DNA from: Nitrosopumilus sp.
GTDB lineage: Archaea; Thermoproteota; Nitrososphaeria; Nitrososphaerales; Nitrosopumilaceae
DNA length: 64,000 nucleotides
NCBI GenBank assembly: GCA_965205675.1
Contig: OZ242186.1
Location: 1,184,001-1,248,000 of the forward strand
Reading direction: 5' to 3'
Positions within the stretch are counted from its first letter, which is position 1, and each line of letters opens with the position of its first letter. The notes beneath the pieces were generated by a model. The model made no database searches and was not told where the DNA came from. It saw only the letters and a list, made by a program, of their open reading frames with translations. The position numbers were made by a program, and so were the translations under genes. Positions 30,316 to 40,102 of the stretch are shown piece after piece.

Positions 30316-30985
30316 GTAGAATTCATTCAAAATGAAGAACAAAATATTGGGAAACCAAATATCATTGCAGCAATGTAAAATATAAGAAATGTAGAAAGTA
30401 TAATAATAAATTTCATCAATGATTCATTGAAAACAAAAACATTCAGAACGGTAAAGACATCATTCCTAACATATGTGATAGACAATAAAGAATACACCTA
30501 CATTACAGATAAAAAACAAAAATACAGACATGCAGACAACTTGATAATATTTAGTGAAGGAAAAGGCCAATCGCAAAGTAGTAATGAATTAAATAAATTA
30601 TGTTAGGATGTGATGAATATAGCAAAGAAATATTCTCTAAAATTCATCTATACATTTGGAGGATTTCACACAAACAGGATTTTTGAAGATAAACCAAAAA
30701 AGACACAGCACTATAACATCAAGGGAACTACCAAGACAGATGGGAAGACTTGGCATAGGAACTACACCCCAAAGATCATTCATTACAGAATTCAATGGTC
30801 AGATACTAGGATTTGTAAAAAAATGAGATTCAAGGAATTGAAATGTATTGGAAATTAAATGAATCAGAAACTTTTCAATACAGAACAGCAATCAGTATCA
30901 TTAAAACTAGAAAAATTGACATGCAGAAAATTAAGAGATGCCAGTTAGAAATTATGACCCAAGAAACTAAGAGAAAGTTTAAAAA
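30316..30985 (+). pseudogene. PAC2-family (proteasome assembly chaperone-like) pseudogene
   Basis: Reads EFIQNEE..KPNIIAAM*NIRNVES..LIIFSEGKGQSQS..KYSLKFIYTFGGFHT..FNGQILGF..QGIEMY; in-frame stops and frameshifts. Confidence 0.75.
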
Positions 30986-30991
30986 TTAAAA

Positions 30992-31126
30992 TTAGTGAGA
31001 ACTTCCAACTTTATGATCTTTAGTATTCTCATCATGGCAATCACAACTACAAAGATGAGTCTTGTGATTATTCATACAGTCAATGCATTCAAAGTGTTTT
31101 CTTGTTTCACATGCGGCACAAATCAT
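30992..31126 (-). CDS. Cys/His-rich metal-binding microprotein (44 aa)
   Basis: Hand translation MICAACETRKHFECIDCMNNHKTHLCSCDCHDENTKDHKVGSSH*; 7 Cys, 6 His. Confidence 0.6.
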   Translation of the reverse strand: MICAACETRKHFECIDCMNNHKTHLCSCDCHDENTKDHKVGSSH

Positions 31127-31379
31127 TGCAATATTACTAAACATAAGGAGAATTTGAGCTTTTTCTCTTTGGAAATATCAATAAATAACTTCACTTCGAT
31201 CAGATAGACTAAAAGTCAACACATCCGTATGAATCAAACTACTTGGCAAATTCTTTGTAAATATTAGAGGAGTTGTGCAATTAATTCAACTTGAGTGCAA
31301 TTCCAATATTTTCCAACAGCAAGATCAAAAGCTAATAATCACTTTTAATTCATGTTTAACCATACAGCGGTGTCTCTTG

Positions 31380-31571
31380 TAAAATAATTGGAGTTTCTGA
31401 ACGTTCTGGTGTTGCAAGTATTGGAATTCACCTAGTTGTTTTATATTGTAATGGAATTTGATGTACTCTTCTAGGCGTTATCTTGAGAATACCTGAAATG
31501 TATAAATTTTTTATTTTTTCATCTTTTGATTTTATAATCTCTCTGATCTTATTTTTATCTAGCTTTATCAT
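31380..31571 (-). pseudogene. IS481-like transposase N-terminal remnant
   Basis: MIKLDKNKIREIIKSK..ISGILKITPRRVHQI..YKTTR*IPILATPER resembles the HTH start of archaeal IS481-type transposases; stops present. Confidence 0.5.
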
Positions 31572-31754
31572 AGATGTTCCAGAATAACCTGCAAATACGA
31601 CAGTATAACCATAATGCTCTCCTAGTTAAGGAGTGAAATAATTTCCTGAAAAGAGAATAGTTAACTGTAATGTTCTTGTGCTAAATATAATTAAATAATC
31701 TTCTACTCTGATCATGAGTGTAAGCATTAAATATTTGACTAAAAACTATTTTTC

Positions 31755-32165
31755 ATGAGTAAACCTTCTGACCTTGGTTCATTGAAAATTGGCTCTTACA
31801 TTCTATTGCCTCATTCAGATCAACCAAGTGGAGAACCTTGCAGAATTGTTGAATATGATACCTCCAAACCAGGCAAACACGGGGCAGCAAAAGCAAGAAT
31901 TGTCGGCGAGGGAATTTTTGATGGCCAAAAGAGACCCCATGTTGGTCCTGTCAGCATGCAAATTCACATCCCGATGATCAACAAAAAAGTTGGTCAGATC
32001 ATCTCAATTAATGGAAATACCATACAAGTTATGGATTCTGAATCATTTGAGACTATTGATATTTCCTTGATTGATGATGAAGTCAACGGTAAATTAGAGA
32101 ATGGTCAAAATGTCGAATATTGGGTTGTAATGGATAGAACTAAAATAATGCGCATTAAAAACTAG
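31755..32165 (+). CDS. eif5a: Translation initiation/elongation factor aIF5A
   Basis: TSKPGKHGAAKAR hypusine loop. Confidence 0.96.
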   Translation: MSKPSDLGSLKIGSYILLPHSDQPSGEPCRIVEYDTSKPGKHGAAKARIVGEGIFDGQKRPHVGPVSMQIHIPMINKKVGQIISINGNTIQVMDSESFETIDISLIDDEVNGKLENGQNVEYWVVMDRTKIMRIKN

Positions 32166-32167
32166 TG

Positions 32168-32235
32168 AGGATGCTGATGATTATCGGAAAAGCCGTCTGA
32201 ATTTATGATGACGATTATGAGTATTGAGGCGTCCT
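32168..32235 (+). ncRNA. Box C/D 2'-O-methylation guide sRNA, predicted target C34 of elongator tRNA-Met
   Basis: Terminal stem aggatgc/gcgtcct; box C ctgatga 32174-80, D' ctga 32197-200, C' atgatga 32205-11, D ttga 32224-27; D guide complementary to ACUCAUAAUCG; T-run downstream. Confidence 0.8.
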
Positions 32236-32282
32236 TTTTCAACAAACTTAAGAAATGTGCTATCTTGAATCTCTTTTAGATA

Positions 32283-32972
32283 ATGAAATTAGCTTCTCTT
32301 TTTTCTGGTGGCAAGGATAGTACATATGCAATATATTTGGCACAAAAACAAGGCCATGAAATTAACTGTCTCTTGAGTATTTTTCCAAAATCTGACGAAA
32401 GTCATTTACTTCATCACCCCAATATGCAATGGACAAAATTACAATCCGATTCCATGAACATGCCTCAATTAACAACATCATCTAATTCTGATCACATTGA
32501 CAATGAATTACTCTTATTGGAAAATTTATTGAAAAACGCAATTACTCAATTTCATATAAAAGGAATAGTTCATGGCGGAATTAAAAGTAAATTCCAAAAA
32601 GAAAAATTTGAAAATATATGTTCAAAATTAAATTTAAATGTTATTGCTCCTTTATGGGGCACTGAATCTGAATCTTATATGAATGAATTGATAGATTCAA
32701 AATTTGATTTTGTTATGACCACTGTATCTTCAGATGGATTAGACGATTCGTGGTTGGGAAAACGTGTTTCAAAACAGGATATTTTTTTATTAAAATCACT
32801 ATCTGAAAAATTTGGATTTAATTTAAATTTTGAAGGTGGGGAAGCCGAAACTTTTGTAATTAATTGTCCCCTCTTTTCACACTCGATCAAAATCAATCAA
32901 TCCAAAAAAAAATGGGATGGGTATAGGGGAAGGTTTGAAATAGTAGATGCTGAATTGAATTACGATGCTTGA
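32283..32972 (+). CDS. Diphthine--ammonia ligase (Dph6)
   Basis: SLFSGGKDS PP-loop, APLW, FEGGEAETFV. Confidence 0.9.
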   Translation: MKLASLFSGGKDSTYAIYLAQKQGHEINCLLSIFPKSDESHLLHHPNMQWTKLQSDSMNMPQLTTSSNSDHIDNELLLLENLLKNAITQFHIKGIVHGGIKSKFQKEKFENICSKLNLNVIAPLWGTESESYMNELIDSKFDFVMTTVSSDGLDDSWLGKRVSKQDIFLLKSLSEKFGFNLNFEGGEAETFVINCPLFSHSIKINQSKKKWDGYRGRFEIVDAELNYDA

Positions 32973-34293
32973 TGGGCTTAAAACCAGTTTAGGTGACGCA
33001 ATCAAGAAAATTGTAAAATCTTCAGGAATAGATGAACAACTTATCAAAGAACTCGTAAATGATATTCAGAAAGCATTATTGAACGCTGATGTGAATGTCC
33101 AGCTAGTCTTTGAAATTACAGAGAATCTAAAAAAACGTGCATCAGGCGAGACACCTCCGCCTGGGCTATCTCGAAAGGATCATATTGTTAAGATTCTTTA
33201 TGACGAACTCTCAAAATTGCTTGGAAATGAATCCGACTTTGATTTTAAACCGGGAAAACAAAATAAACTAGTTTTACTTGGAATTCAAGGTAGTGGTAAA
33301 ACCACTATAACCTCAAAACTTGCCAAATTTTTAACTCAGCAAGAGTATAAAGTTGGAGTTGTAGGGGCCGATACCTACAGACCTGGTGCACTAGTTCAAT
33401 TAAGAACAATGTGTGAGAAATCAGGCGTAGAAGTTTACGGAGAAGAAAACAATAAAGATTCTCCTAATATTGTAAAAAATGGTTTAAAACATTTTGCAGG
33501 TCAGCCTTTAGACATTATCCTAATTGATACTGCCGGTCGTCATAAAGAAGAACAAGATCTTTTAGAAGAAATGGATAGGATTAACAAGGTAGCAGATCCT
33601 GATTTAGCTTTACTTGTAATTGACGGTACAATTGGACAACAATGTTTCAACCAAGCTGAAGCATTCCATAAAACAATTCCAGTAGGGGGCATAGTTGTTA
33701 CAAAATTAGATAGTTCTGCACACGGCGGAGGTGCACTTGCAGCATCTGCAGCAACAGGTGCACAAATAATGTACATTGGAACAGGTGAGCGAATTGATGA
33801 TTTAGAAAAATTCTCACCCACGCGATTTGTTGGACGATTACTTGGAATGGGCGATATTCAAGCTGTTTTGGATTTAGCTAAGCGATTAGAAAATGAAAGT
33901 GATGACGTTAGAATGAAAAGAATTTCCAGTGGAAAGATGAACATGGATGATTTCTTTTATCAGCTTGAGGAGGTAACTAAAGTGGGCTCTCTACAGGGAT
34001 TGCTTGATAGCATGCCCGGTCTTTCTGGAATGGTAAAAGGTGATCAAGTAGATCAAATGGAAGGTAGAGTTTCAAAATGGCGTTACATAATTCAAAGTAT
34101 GACAAAAGATGAAAAAGCAGATCCGGACATATTGAAGAGTTCATCTAGAATCAAAAGAATTTCCCGAGGTTCTGGTTGGCCAGAAAGCGAAGTCAAAGAG
34201 TTACTCAAAAATTACAAAAAGTCTAAAAATATGATGAAAGCTTCCAAAGGCCGTCAGATGCAAGGAACTCTTAGAAAAATGGGGTTAGGGTAA
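32965..34293 (+). CDS. srp54: Signal recognition particle protein SRP54
   Basis: GIQGSGKTT, DTAGRH, TKLD, GTGE, RLLGMGD, M domain. Confidence 0.97.
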   Translation: MLDGLKTSLGDAIKKIVKSSGIDEQLIKELVNDIQKALLNADVNVQLVFEITENLKKRASGETPPPGLSRKDHIVKILYDELSKLLGNESDFDFKPGKQNKLVLLGIQGSGKTTITSKLAKFLTQQEYKVGVVGADTYRPGALVQLRTMCEKSGVEVYGEENNKDSPNIVKNGLKHFAGQPLDIILIDTAGRHKEEQDLLEEMDRINKVADPDLALLVIDGTIGQQCFNQAEAFHKTIPVGGIVVTKLDSSAHGGGALAASAATGAQIMYIGTGERIDDLEKFSPTRFVGRLLGMGDIQAVLDLAKRLENESDDVRMKRISSGKMNMDDFFYQLEEVTKVGSLQGLLDSMPGLSGMVKGDQVDQMEGRVSKWRYIIQSMTKDEKADPDILKSSSRIKRISRGSGWPESEVKELLKNYKKSKNMMKASKGRQMQGTLRKMGLG

Positions 34294-34318
34294 TCCCCCA
34301 ACATATTCTAGTTCAAAC

Positions 34319-35458
34319 ATGTCTACATATCAACAAATTCTTCCCATTGCAAGTCAAATTCTCAAAAAATATGATTTATGTGATCATTGTTTAGGCAGAC
34401 TGTTTTCAAAACAATTGCATCGATCTTCAAACAAACTTCTGGGTAAGAAGCTAAATCTAAACTCTACTGCCAAATGTTATGTGTGTAAAAATCTATTTGA
34501 TAATCTAAATCATTTTTTAAAACTTATGATTGAGATTTCATCTGAATATTCTTTTAACACATTCAGTGTAGGTGTCATGATAAAACCCTCTGTTGCGGAT
34601 AGGGATGATTTCATACGTTCTCAATACAAATTGAAAGGAATTGATAGTATCAAAACTAATGTAGCAAAAGAATTAGGAAGATTATATTCTAAAAAAACAA
34701 AAACAGTAATTGAACCTCTCGATCCTGAAATTATTTTTACAGTTAATCTTAAAGATGAATCGTGTGAATTACGTTCAAAACCTATCACTTTGTCTGGAAG
34801 ATATGTAAAATCCCAACGGGGTTTTTCTCAAAAACAAAAATCTTGCAATAATTGCCTTGGAAAAGGTTGTAGGATTTGTGATTTTCATGGGATTATGGAA
34901 TTTGATAGCGTTGAAGGTGTTATTTCTAAATATATTTTTAAAAAATTTGGTGGAACAACTGCAAAATTTACTTGGATTGGTGGCGAAGATAAGTCTAGTT
35001 TGGTTTTGGGCCGTGGACGTCCTTTCTTTATAAAAATACAAAATCCTTTTAAAAGATCTGTAAAGTTATCGAATCTTATTATAAATCCAATTAAAATTTT
35101 TAATTTGAGATTTGTTCATGAATCTCCAAAAAAACCATTGAAATTCAATTCTACTATTTGTGCAAAAATACATGCAGATTCTGAAATTGATTCTAAGAAA
35201 TTAAAGCAATTAAAAGATCTTATTGCGAAACCCGTAGTTGTTTATGACAAATCTGGAAAACGCTCTGAAAAAAAAATTTTCGATGTAAAATATAAGAGAA
35301 ATTCTTCTAGTCTGTTTACTCTTATCATCAAAGCCGAAGGAGGACTGCCAATCAAACGCTTTGTTATTGGTGAGGATGTTGTTCCAGGAGTCTCTAAGAT
35401 CATGGATATTCCATGTAAATGTCAGGAATTTGATTTTTTAGATATTGAAGTAGAATGA
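34319..35458 (+). CDS. pus10: tRNA pseudouridine synthase Pus10-like
   Basis: CDHCLGRLF, CYVC, GRYVK, GGEDK..LGRGRPF, EGGLPIKRFV, FDFLDI. Confidence 0.85.
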   Translation: MSTYQQILPIASQILKKYDLCDHCLGRLFSKQLHRSSNKLLGKKLNLNSTAKCYVCKNLFDNLNHFLKLMIEISSEYSFNTFSVGVMIKPSVADRDDFIRSQYKLKGIDSIKTNVAKELGRLYSKKTKTVIEPLDPEIIFTVNLKDESCELRSKPITLSGRYVKSQRGFSQKQKSCNNCLGKGCRICDFHGIMEFDSVEGVISKYIFKKFGGTTAKFTWIGGEDKSSLVLGRGRPFFIKIQNPFKRSVKLSNLIINPIKIFNLRFVHESPKKPLKFNSTICAKIHADSEIDSKKLKQLKDLIAKPVVVYDKSGKRSEKKIFDVKYKRNSSSLFTLIIKAEGGLPIKRFVIGEDVVPGVSKIMDIPCKCQEFDFLDIEVE

Positions 35459-35496
35459 TGACAACAATTAACTAACACTAAATATCACAATTCTTT

Positions 35497-35589
35497 ATGC
35501 CAATGAGAAAAAAAGGTAAGCATTTGAGACATGCTGATCAAAGAGCTAATACACGCAAAAAAAAGAAAGCAGGCAAACCTCGTTCCTGA
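35497..35589 (+). CDS. Highly basic microprotein (30 aa)
   Basis: Hand translation MPMRKKGKHLRHADQRANTRKKKKAGKPRS* fills the gap between pus10 and the next gene. Confidence 0.5.
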   Translation: MPMRKKGKHLRHADQRANTRKKKKAGKPRS

Positions 35590-35628
35590 CCTAGTCAACC
35601 TTTTTACATTCAGAACTATCGAGGGATA

Positions 35629-36339
35629 ATGTTGGATCCACTAGTACGTTTTAAAGATGCACATTCTATGGGAATTATTCCTGATGATTTATTTGATTTA
35701 ATTATGAAACGATTCCCAATTACTATTGCTGGAATTAATCGAATTGAAAAAGCATCTGGAATTAGATTTCCTATAGCTTATGTGGAACCTTCTCTTGTTA
35801 TCTCCGCTCCTAATTCTAATTCGTATGAATTTGGCATCTTGTTTGCAAGAACAATCCCGGTATTATTTGAAAAAAAATTCCAGGTAGTAATCCAAATTTC
35901 TGCTCCTTTGGTTGCTTATGGGCTCAAAGGAACAATTCATGCAATTTTGGCTCATGAGTTTTTACATTTTTTGGATTTAATGCGAAAAATCTCCAAAATG
36001 GAATTATTATCTGATGAGATTTCTGGAAATCTATTTGAAAATATTTACAGCGATGAAACGAGATTATTTGAACCCCGTGTCGTCTTTAAAGATCGTACTC
36101 TGATAAATCATATTACAAAAAAATTCCCTGCAGGATTTCGTGATTTTAAACTTGAAGACAAGGTGATGAAATTCTGGGCTGGAAAAAATCTTCCAAAAAC
36201 AAACATTTCTTTGGATACTAATACGATAAAACTTTCAGCTGAATCAATTTCTAAAATCAAACTTGAGCCTTCGTTTATTTCTAAAATGGAATTATTAGAA
36301 GCAAAAAGTTCTAAAATTCGTAAAAAACAACTGTACTGA
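35629..36339 (+). CDS. Conserved hypothetical protein with HExxH motif
   Basis: AILAHEFLH zincin-like motif. Confidence 0.75.
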   Translation: MLDPLVRFKDAHSMGIIPDDLFDLIMKRFPITIAGINRIEKASGIRFPIAYVEPSLVISAPNSNSYEFGILFARTIPVLFEKKFQVVIQISAPLVAYGLKGTIHAILAHEFLHFLDLMRKISKMELLSDEISGNLFENIYSDETRLFEPRVVFKDRTLINHITKKFPAGFRDFKLEDKVMKFWAGKNLPKTNISLDTNTIKLSAESISKIKLEPSFISKMELLEAKSSKIRKKQLY

Positions 36340-36347
36340 TTATTCTC

Positions 36348-36533
36348 TTATTGGTTAAATTCTGTAAGACCACACTTACCGCAAGTGTTTCTATCTTTAT
36401 GTTGAGCCATGAATGTTCCTTTGCCACATCTAGAACAGACTTTTCTAGTTCTTGATGTTTTATCTCCTTCAATTTTATAATAAGACGCAATGCTAGGACT
36501 CGAACCCTTCTTGCCTTTTTTCTCTACAGGCAT
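36348..36533 (-). CDS. rps27ae: 30S ribosomal protein S27ae (eS31)
   Basis: YYKIEG..RKVCSRCGKGTFMAQHKDRNTCGKCG. Confidence 0.95.
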   Translation of the reverse strand: MPVEKKGKKGSSPSIASYYKIEGDKTSRTRKVCSRCGKGTFMAQHKDRNTCGKCGLTEFNQ

Positions 36534-36901
36534 TATTCAGATTTCTCCTCTTCTTCAGATGGTGTTTCTTTAGATTCTTCAACAGTTTTAGCTGCTGCTT
36601 CAGATTCTGCAGTTTTAGCTTTAGTTTTTTCTAGTCTTGAAAATATTGTTGGATTAATATGTTTTTTAGCTAATCCCTCATCTTCATAAACATAGAAAGT
36701 TCCAGTTATGAGAGATTTGCCAACTTGTGTTCGCAATCTCATTGGGATTACCACTTTGCCATCCAGTTTGAATTCTTTTGTAATCATATCTGCGGCTTCG
36801 AGACTTTTGAGTTTGCCTCCTAGTCCTGCAAAATTACAAGTCAACTCTCTTCTTGATAGAAATGTATTGTTGACGTCTGTAATTGTCTCAATTATGGACA
36901 T
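36533..36901 (-). CDS. rps24e: 30S ribosomal protein S24e
   Basis: NNTFLSRRE..G..YVYED; coupled to S27ae. Confidence 0.88.
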   Translation of the reverse strand: MSIIETITDVNNTFLSRRELTCNFAGLGGKLKSLEAADMITKEFKLDGKVVIPMRLRTQVGKSLITGTFYVYEDEGLAKKHINPTIFSRLEKTKAKTAESEAAAKTVEESKETPSEEEEKSE

Positions 36902-36983
36902 GTATCAAAAATCTCTAGATATTTCATATAAACCTTGATTGAAATTACATAAGAAATTTAAGAAATTCCCTCAGAACTATATC

Positions 36984-37544
36984 GTGGAACGTTATCTTTT
37001 ACATTTTAAAAATGAAAAGTATTTGCCTCAAAATTGCAGGGAATTAGCACACAAGGCCAGGGATCTTGCTTCGGACATGAATGTCTCAGTAAGACTTGCT
37101 AGAGTTGCCAGTAAGTTTATTGAATTTGATGTAGCAGCAGAAAAAATCGATCTAGATCCTCTTGTAGAAAAATTGTCCCCTATTGGTGAAATTGATAATG
37201 TGAGACATGTTGTAGAGGAGCATATCGATAAAGAAAGAGGTGTAGAGGAGGGCATATTTTATTTTAACAATGAAAGATTTTGGGAATGTCATGAAGCATT
37301 TGAGGGGGTTTGGAATCAATGCTATGGGCGAGAAAAAGAACTTGTTCAAGGTATAATTTTAGTAGCTGTTGCATTTGCTCATGAACAAGAAAATGAAGAA
37401 AGTATTGGCATTGGAATGCTGCATCGAGCTCTTGATAAATTAGGTTCTTCCCCTTCCATGTATCATTCAATTGATGTTGACAGAATTAGGAAAAATGCAG
37501 TCGACATGCAACAAGCAAACAAACTAACCAGATTTAAGATTTAA
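36984..37544 (+). CDS. DUF309-domain protein
   Basis: FNNERFWECHEAFEGVW..LVQGII..VAFAH; likely GTG start. Confidence 0.85.
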   Translation: MERYLLHFKNEKYLPQNCRELAHKARDLASDMNVSVRLARVASKFIEFDVAAEKIDLDPLVEKLSPIGEIDNVRHVVEEHIDKERGVEEGIFYFNNERFWECHEAFEGVWNQCYGREKELVQGIILVAVAFAHEQENEESIGIGMLHRALDKLGSSPSMYHSIDVDRIRKNAVDMQQANKLTRFKI

Positions 37545-38814
37545 TTAATTCTAGAGATTTTCCAATAACCTCTGCACCTTGCAGTAGTCCTATACTTCCT
37601 TTCTTTGCTTGATCTTCAGTCATTCTAGTTGTTCCATCTTTTTTGATAAAATCTCCTGAAACTAGAATTGGAATAGGATCATCACTATGACCTTTGTTGA
37701 TACATGGTGTTGAATGATCTGCAGAAATCACTATTGCAACTTTACTTGAATCTATATTTTCAACTAGTGTTTTGAAAAACCTTTGATCAATTTCTTCAAT
37801 ATTTTTCATTTTACCAACTGCATCTCCATCGTGACCAAACTCATCTGGTCCTTTTAGATGGACATAAATTGAATTTTGAGTTTTCATTGCGTTTGCAGCA
37901 ACTCTTGCTTTTTCCTCATAATCTGTTAATCCTCCAGCTTCAAAGGCTTTCATCTTTAAGACTTTTGAAATTCCTAGTTCCACAGGCATGTCTACTATGC
38001 ATGAAAAATTCATCTCATATTTTTCATTAATTGGAATTACGTCCGGGGATTTGTTACCTGCATCTCTAAGCAAAATACAACTAAGTTGCTTCTTGTTTCC
38101 ATCTTGTCTTTTTTTGTTAATCTGGCTTTCTTTCATTATGCCAATTGATTTTTCTGAAAATTCATTTATTAGATTTGCAGTGAATTTTGACTCTGTTGTA
38201 TTTTCTAGCGGCAGACATTTTTCAATTTTAAGAAAATCCCCTACGGCTTTTGCAACCCCCATACCTCCAATGTTACTATAAGCTGGGTCTGTGTTGGTAA
38301 TCCTTGATGATAATTTTTGAGAATTGTCTCTGATTCTCACAGTTACTCTATGGCCTATTGTTGGAGCAACAACTATTGATACGTCTGGAGATGATAGTTT
38401 GATTTTCTCTTCGATTTCTTTTGCAATTCCATCTGCATCTTCTTTTTCAATATGTCGTCCTGCGCGTCTATCAATAATGACGTTATCCTCATTTAAGGTA
38501 GAATAATTTCCTCGAAGGGCCAAATCCCCATCTTTAAAATCAATGCCAATTCCTATTGCTTCAATTACTCCCCTACCTACATAATCTGCATGTTTGAATT
38601 TGTATCCCAACATATTGAAAACTGCAATATCTGATTCTGGAGCAATTCCTTTTCCAACTGAAATTACTTCTCCAATTGCACCATTGCTTGCAATTTTATC
38701 TAACGTTGGTGTATTTGCAGCCTCTAATGGCGTTTTTCCTTCTAAATCGGGGTGTGGAAGATCTCCAACCCCATCTAAAAGAACATAGATCATGTGAATA
38801 TCAGAATTATCCAA
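37534..38814 (-). CDS. apgM: Archaeal 2,3-BPG-independent phosphoglycerate mutase
   Basis: LLDGVGD, TPLEAANTP, PESD, KGPDEFGHDG, ADHSTP, HSDDP. Confidence 0.93.
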   Translation of the reverse strand: MDNSDIHMIYVLLDGVGDLPHPDLEGKTPLEAANTPTLDKIASNGAIGEVISVGKGIAPESDIAVFNMLGYKFKHADYVGRGVIEAIGIGIDFKDGDLALRGNYSTLNEDNVIIDRRAGRHIEKEDADGIAKEIEEKIKLSSPDVSIVVAPTIGHRVTVRIRDNSQKLSSRITNTDPAYSNIGGMGVAKAVGDFLKIEKCLPLENTTESKFTANLINEFSEKSIGIMKESQINKKRQDGNKKQLSCILLRDAGNKSPDVIPINEKYEMNFSCIVDMPVELGISKVLKMKAFEAGGLTDYEEKARVAANAMKTQNSIYVHLKGPDEFGHDGDAVGKMKNIEEIDQRFFKTLVENIDSSKVAIVISADHSTPCINKGHSDDPIPILVSGDFIKKDGTTRMTEDQAKKGSIGLLQGAEVIGKSLELIKS

Positions 38815-39043
38815 AATATTCTCTGTTTATTAAAAGCCTGATGCTCTGTTTTAAATCTTGCAACGGGATTTGCGATCAAAACAAAATGTTTGGTCACAAT
38901 TTTACATTTTTTATTTTATTAACTTTTGATGAAAATACGATTTTCTTATTTTTTAAAAAATATATTCAAAAAATTATTTTTAAAATTGGTTCATGTAGAT
39001 TTTAGTAAACGTTTTAACATCCATTTTACTTTTACTAACCATT

Positions 39044-40060
39044 ATGGGAGATATGCGCAAAGATTATGTTTCTGAGCGTTTCATGATTGTTTCAAAAAAA
39101 GATGACAAAGTAGTTGATCTTAAAAAATCTCCTTTTGCTCAAGGTAATGAATCTATGACTAATCCTTCTGTTTTGTCACTTGTTGCAAAAGATGGGATGT
39201 TACAACGTCTTCAGGATAATGAAGATGAATATGTTAAAAATTGGGTTATTCGGGTTTTTGAAAGTAAAAATCCCATAGTATCAATCGAAACTGAAAATTC
39301 TTACAGCGATAAACCGTTTTACAGCGAACCTGCATATGGGTATCATTACATTGTTGTTGCCTCTCCAAATGAAAAAGATTCTTTTGCAACCATTGATACT
39401 GAGCAATGGTCTAATGTTTTAGTTGTAGTTCAAGATAGATTGAGATGGCTTTATACTCAAAAAGGCGTAACTTATGTTTCAATTTATGGGGATCATGGTG
39501 ATTTGGCAGGTAATGCAAATCCTCATCCCCATCTGAATCTTTTAACATTTTCAACTATCCCCCCGGTAATTGAAACAGAAGCTGAGGCATCTCATAAAAT
39601 TCTAAATGAAAAAGGGGTTTGCCCCATGTGCCAGACTGTAAATGAAGAGATTGGTGGCCCTAGACAAATTCTTCAGACTGAAGGGTTTATCGCATTTTGT
39701 CCTTGGTCGCCTTCATATCCTTATGAATTCTGGGTATCTCCAAAAAAACACACTACTAGTTTTTCAAAAATAACTCAAAAAGAAATTAATGACTTGTCGT
39801 TAATTTTAAGGGCAACTCTTGGAGGTTTGTCAAAGACTGTGAAAAATGTTTCATACAATCTGGTCTTCCACCTTTCCCCCGAGAAGAAAAACAGCCGTCA
39901 AATTCATTGGCATATTGAAATTTACCCGGTTACAAAATCGTGGTCTGGATTAGAGCGGGGTTATGGAATTTTCTTAAATGATATCTCTCCTGAGCAGGCA
40001 GCAAAGAAACTTGGAATAGCTTGTAGAAAAGAATTGGCCAATTTGGTTGGCATTGTTTAA
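39044..40060 (+). CDS. Galactose-1-phosphate uridylyltransferase (GalT)-like HIT protein
   Basis: AYGYHYIVV, NPHPHLN, CPMC, PYEFWVSPKKH, HWHIEIYP, GLERG. Confidence 0.85.
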   Translation: MGDMRKDYVSERFMIVSKKDDKVVDLKKSPFAQGNESMTNPSVLSLVAKDGMLQRLQDNEDEYVKNWVIRVFESKNPIVSIETENSYSDKPFYSEPAYGYHYIVVASPNEKDSFATIDTEQWSNVLVVVQDRLRWLYTQKGVTYVSIYGDHGDLAGNANPHPHLNLLTFSTIPPVIETEAEASHKILNEKGVCPMCQTVNEEIGGPRQILQTEGFIAFCPWSPSYPYEFWVSPKKHTTSFSKITQKEINDLSLILRATLGGLSKTVKNVSYNLVFHLSPEKKNSRQIHWHIEIYPVTKSWSGLERGYGIFLNDISPEQAAKKLGIACRKELANLVGIV

Positions 40061-40102
40061 TTTTTTGAATGGTTTATTTATCAACTTAAATCAGTTATAA
40101 TT

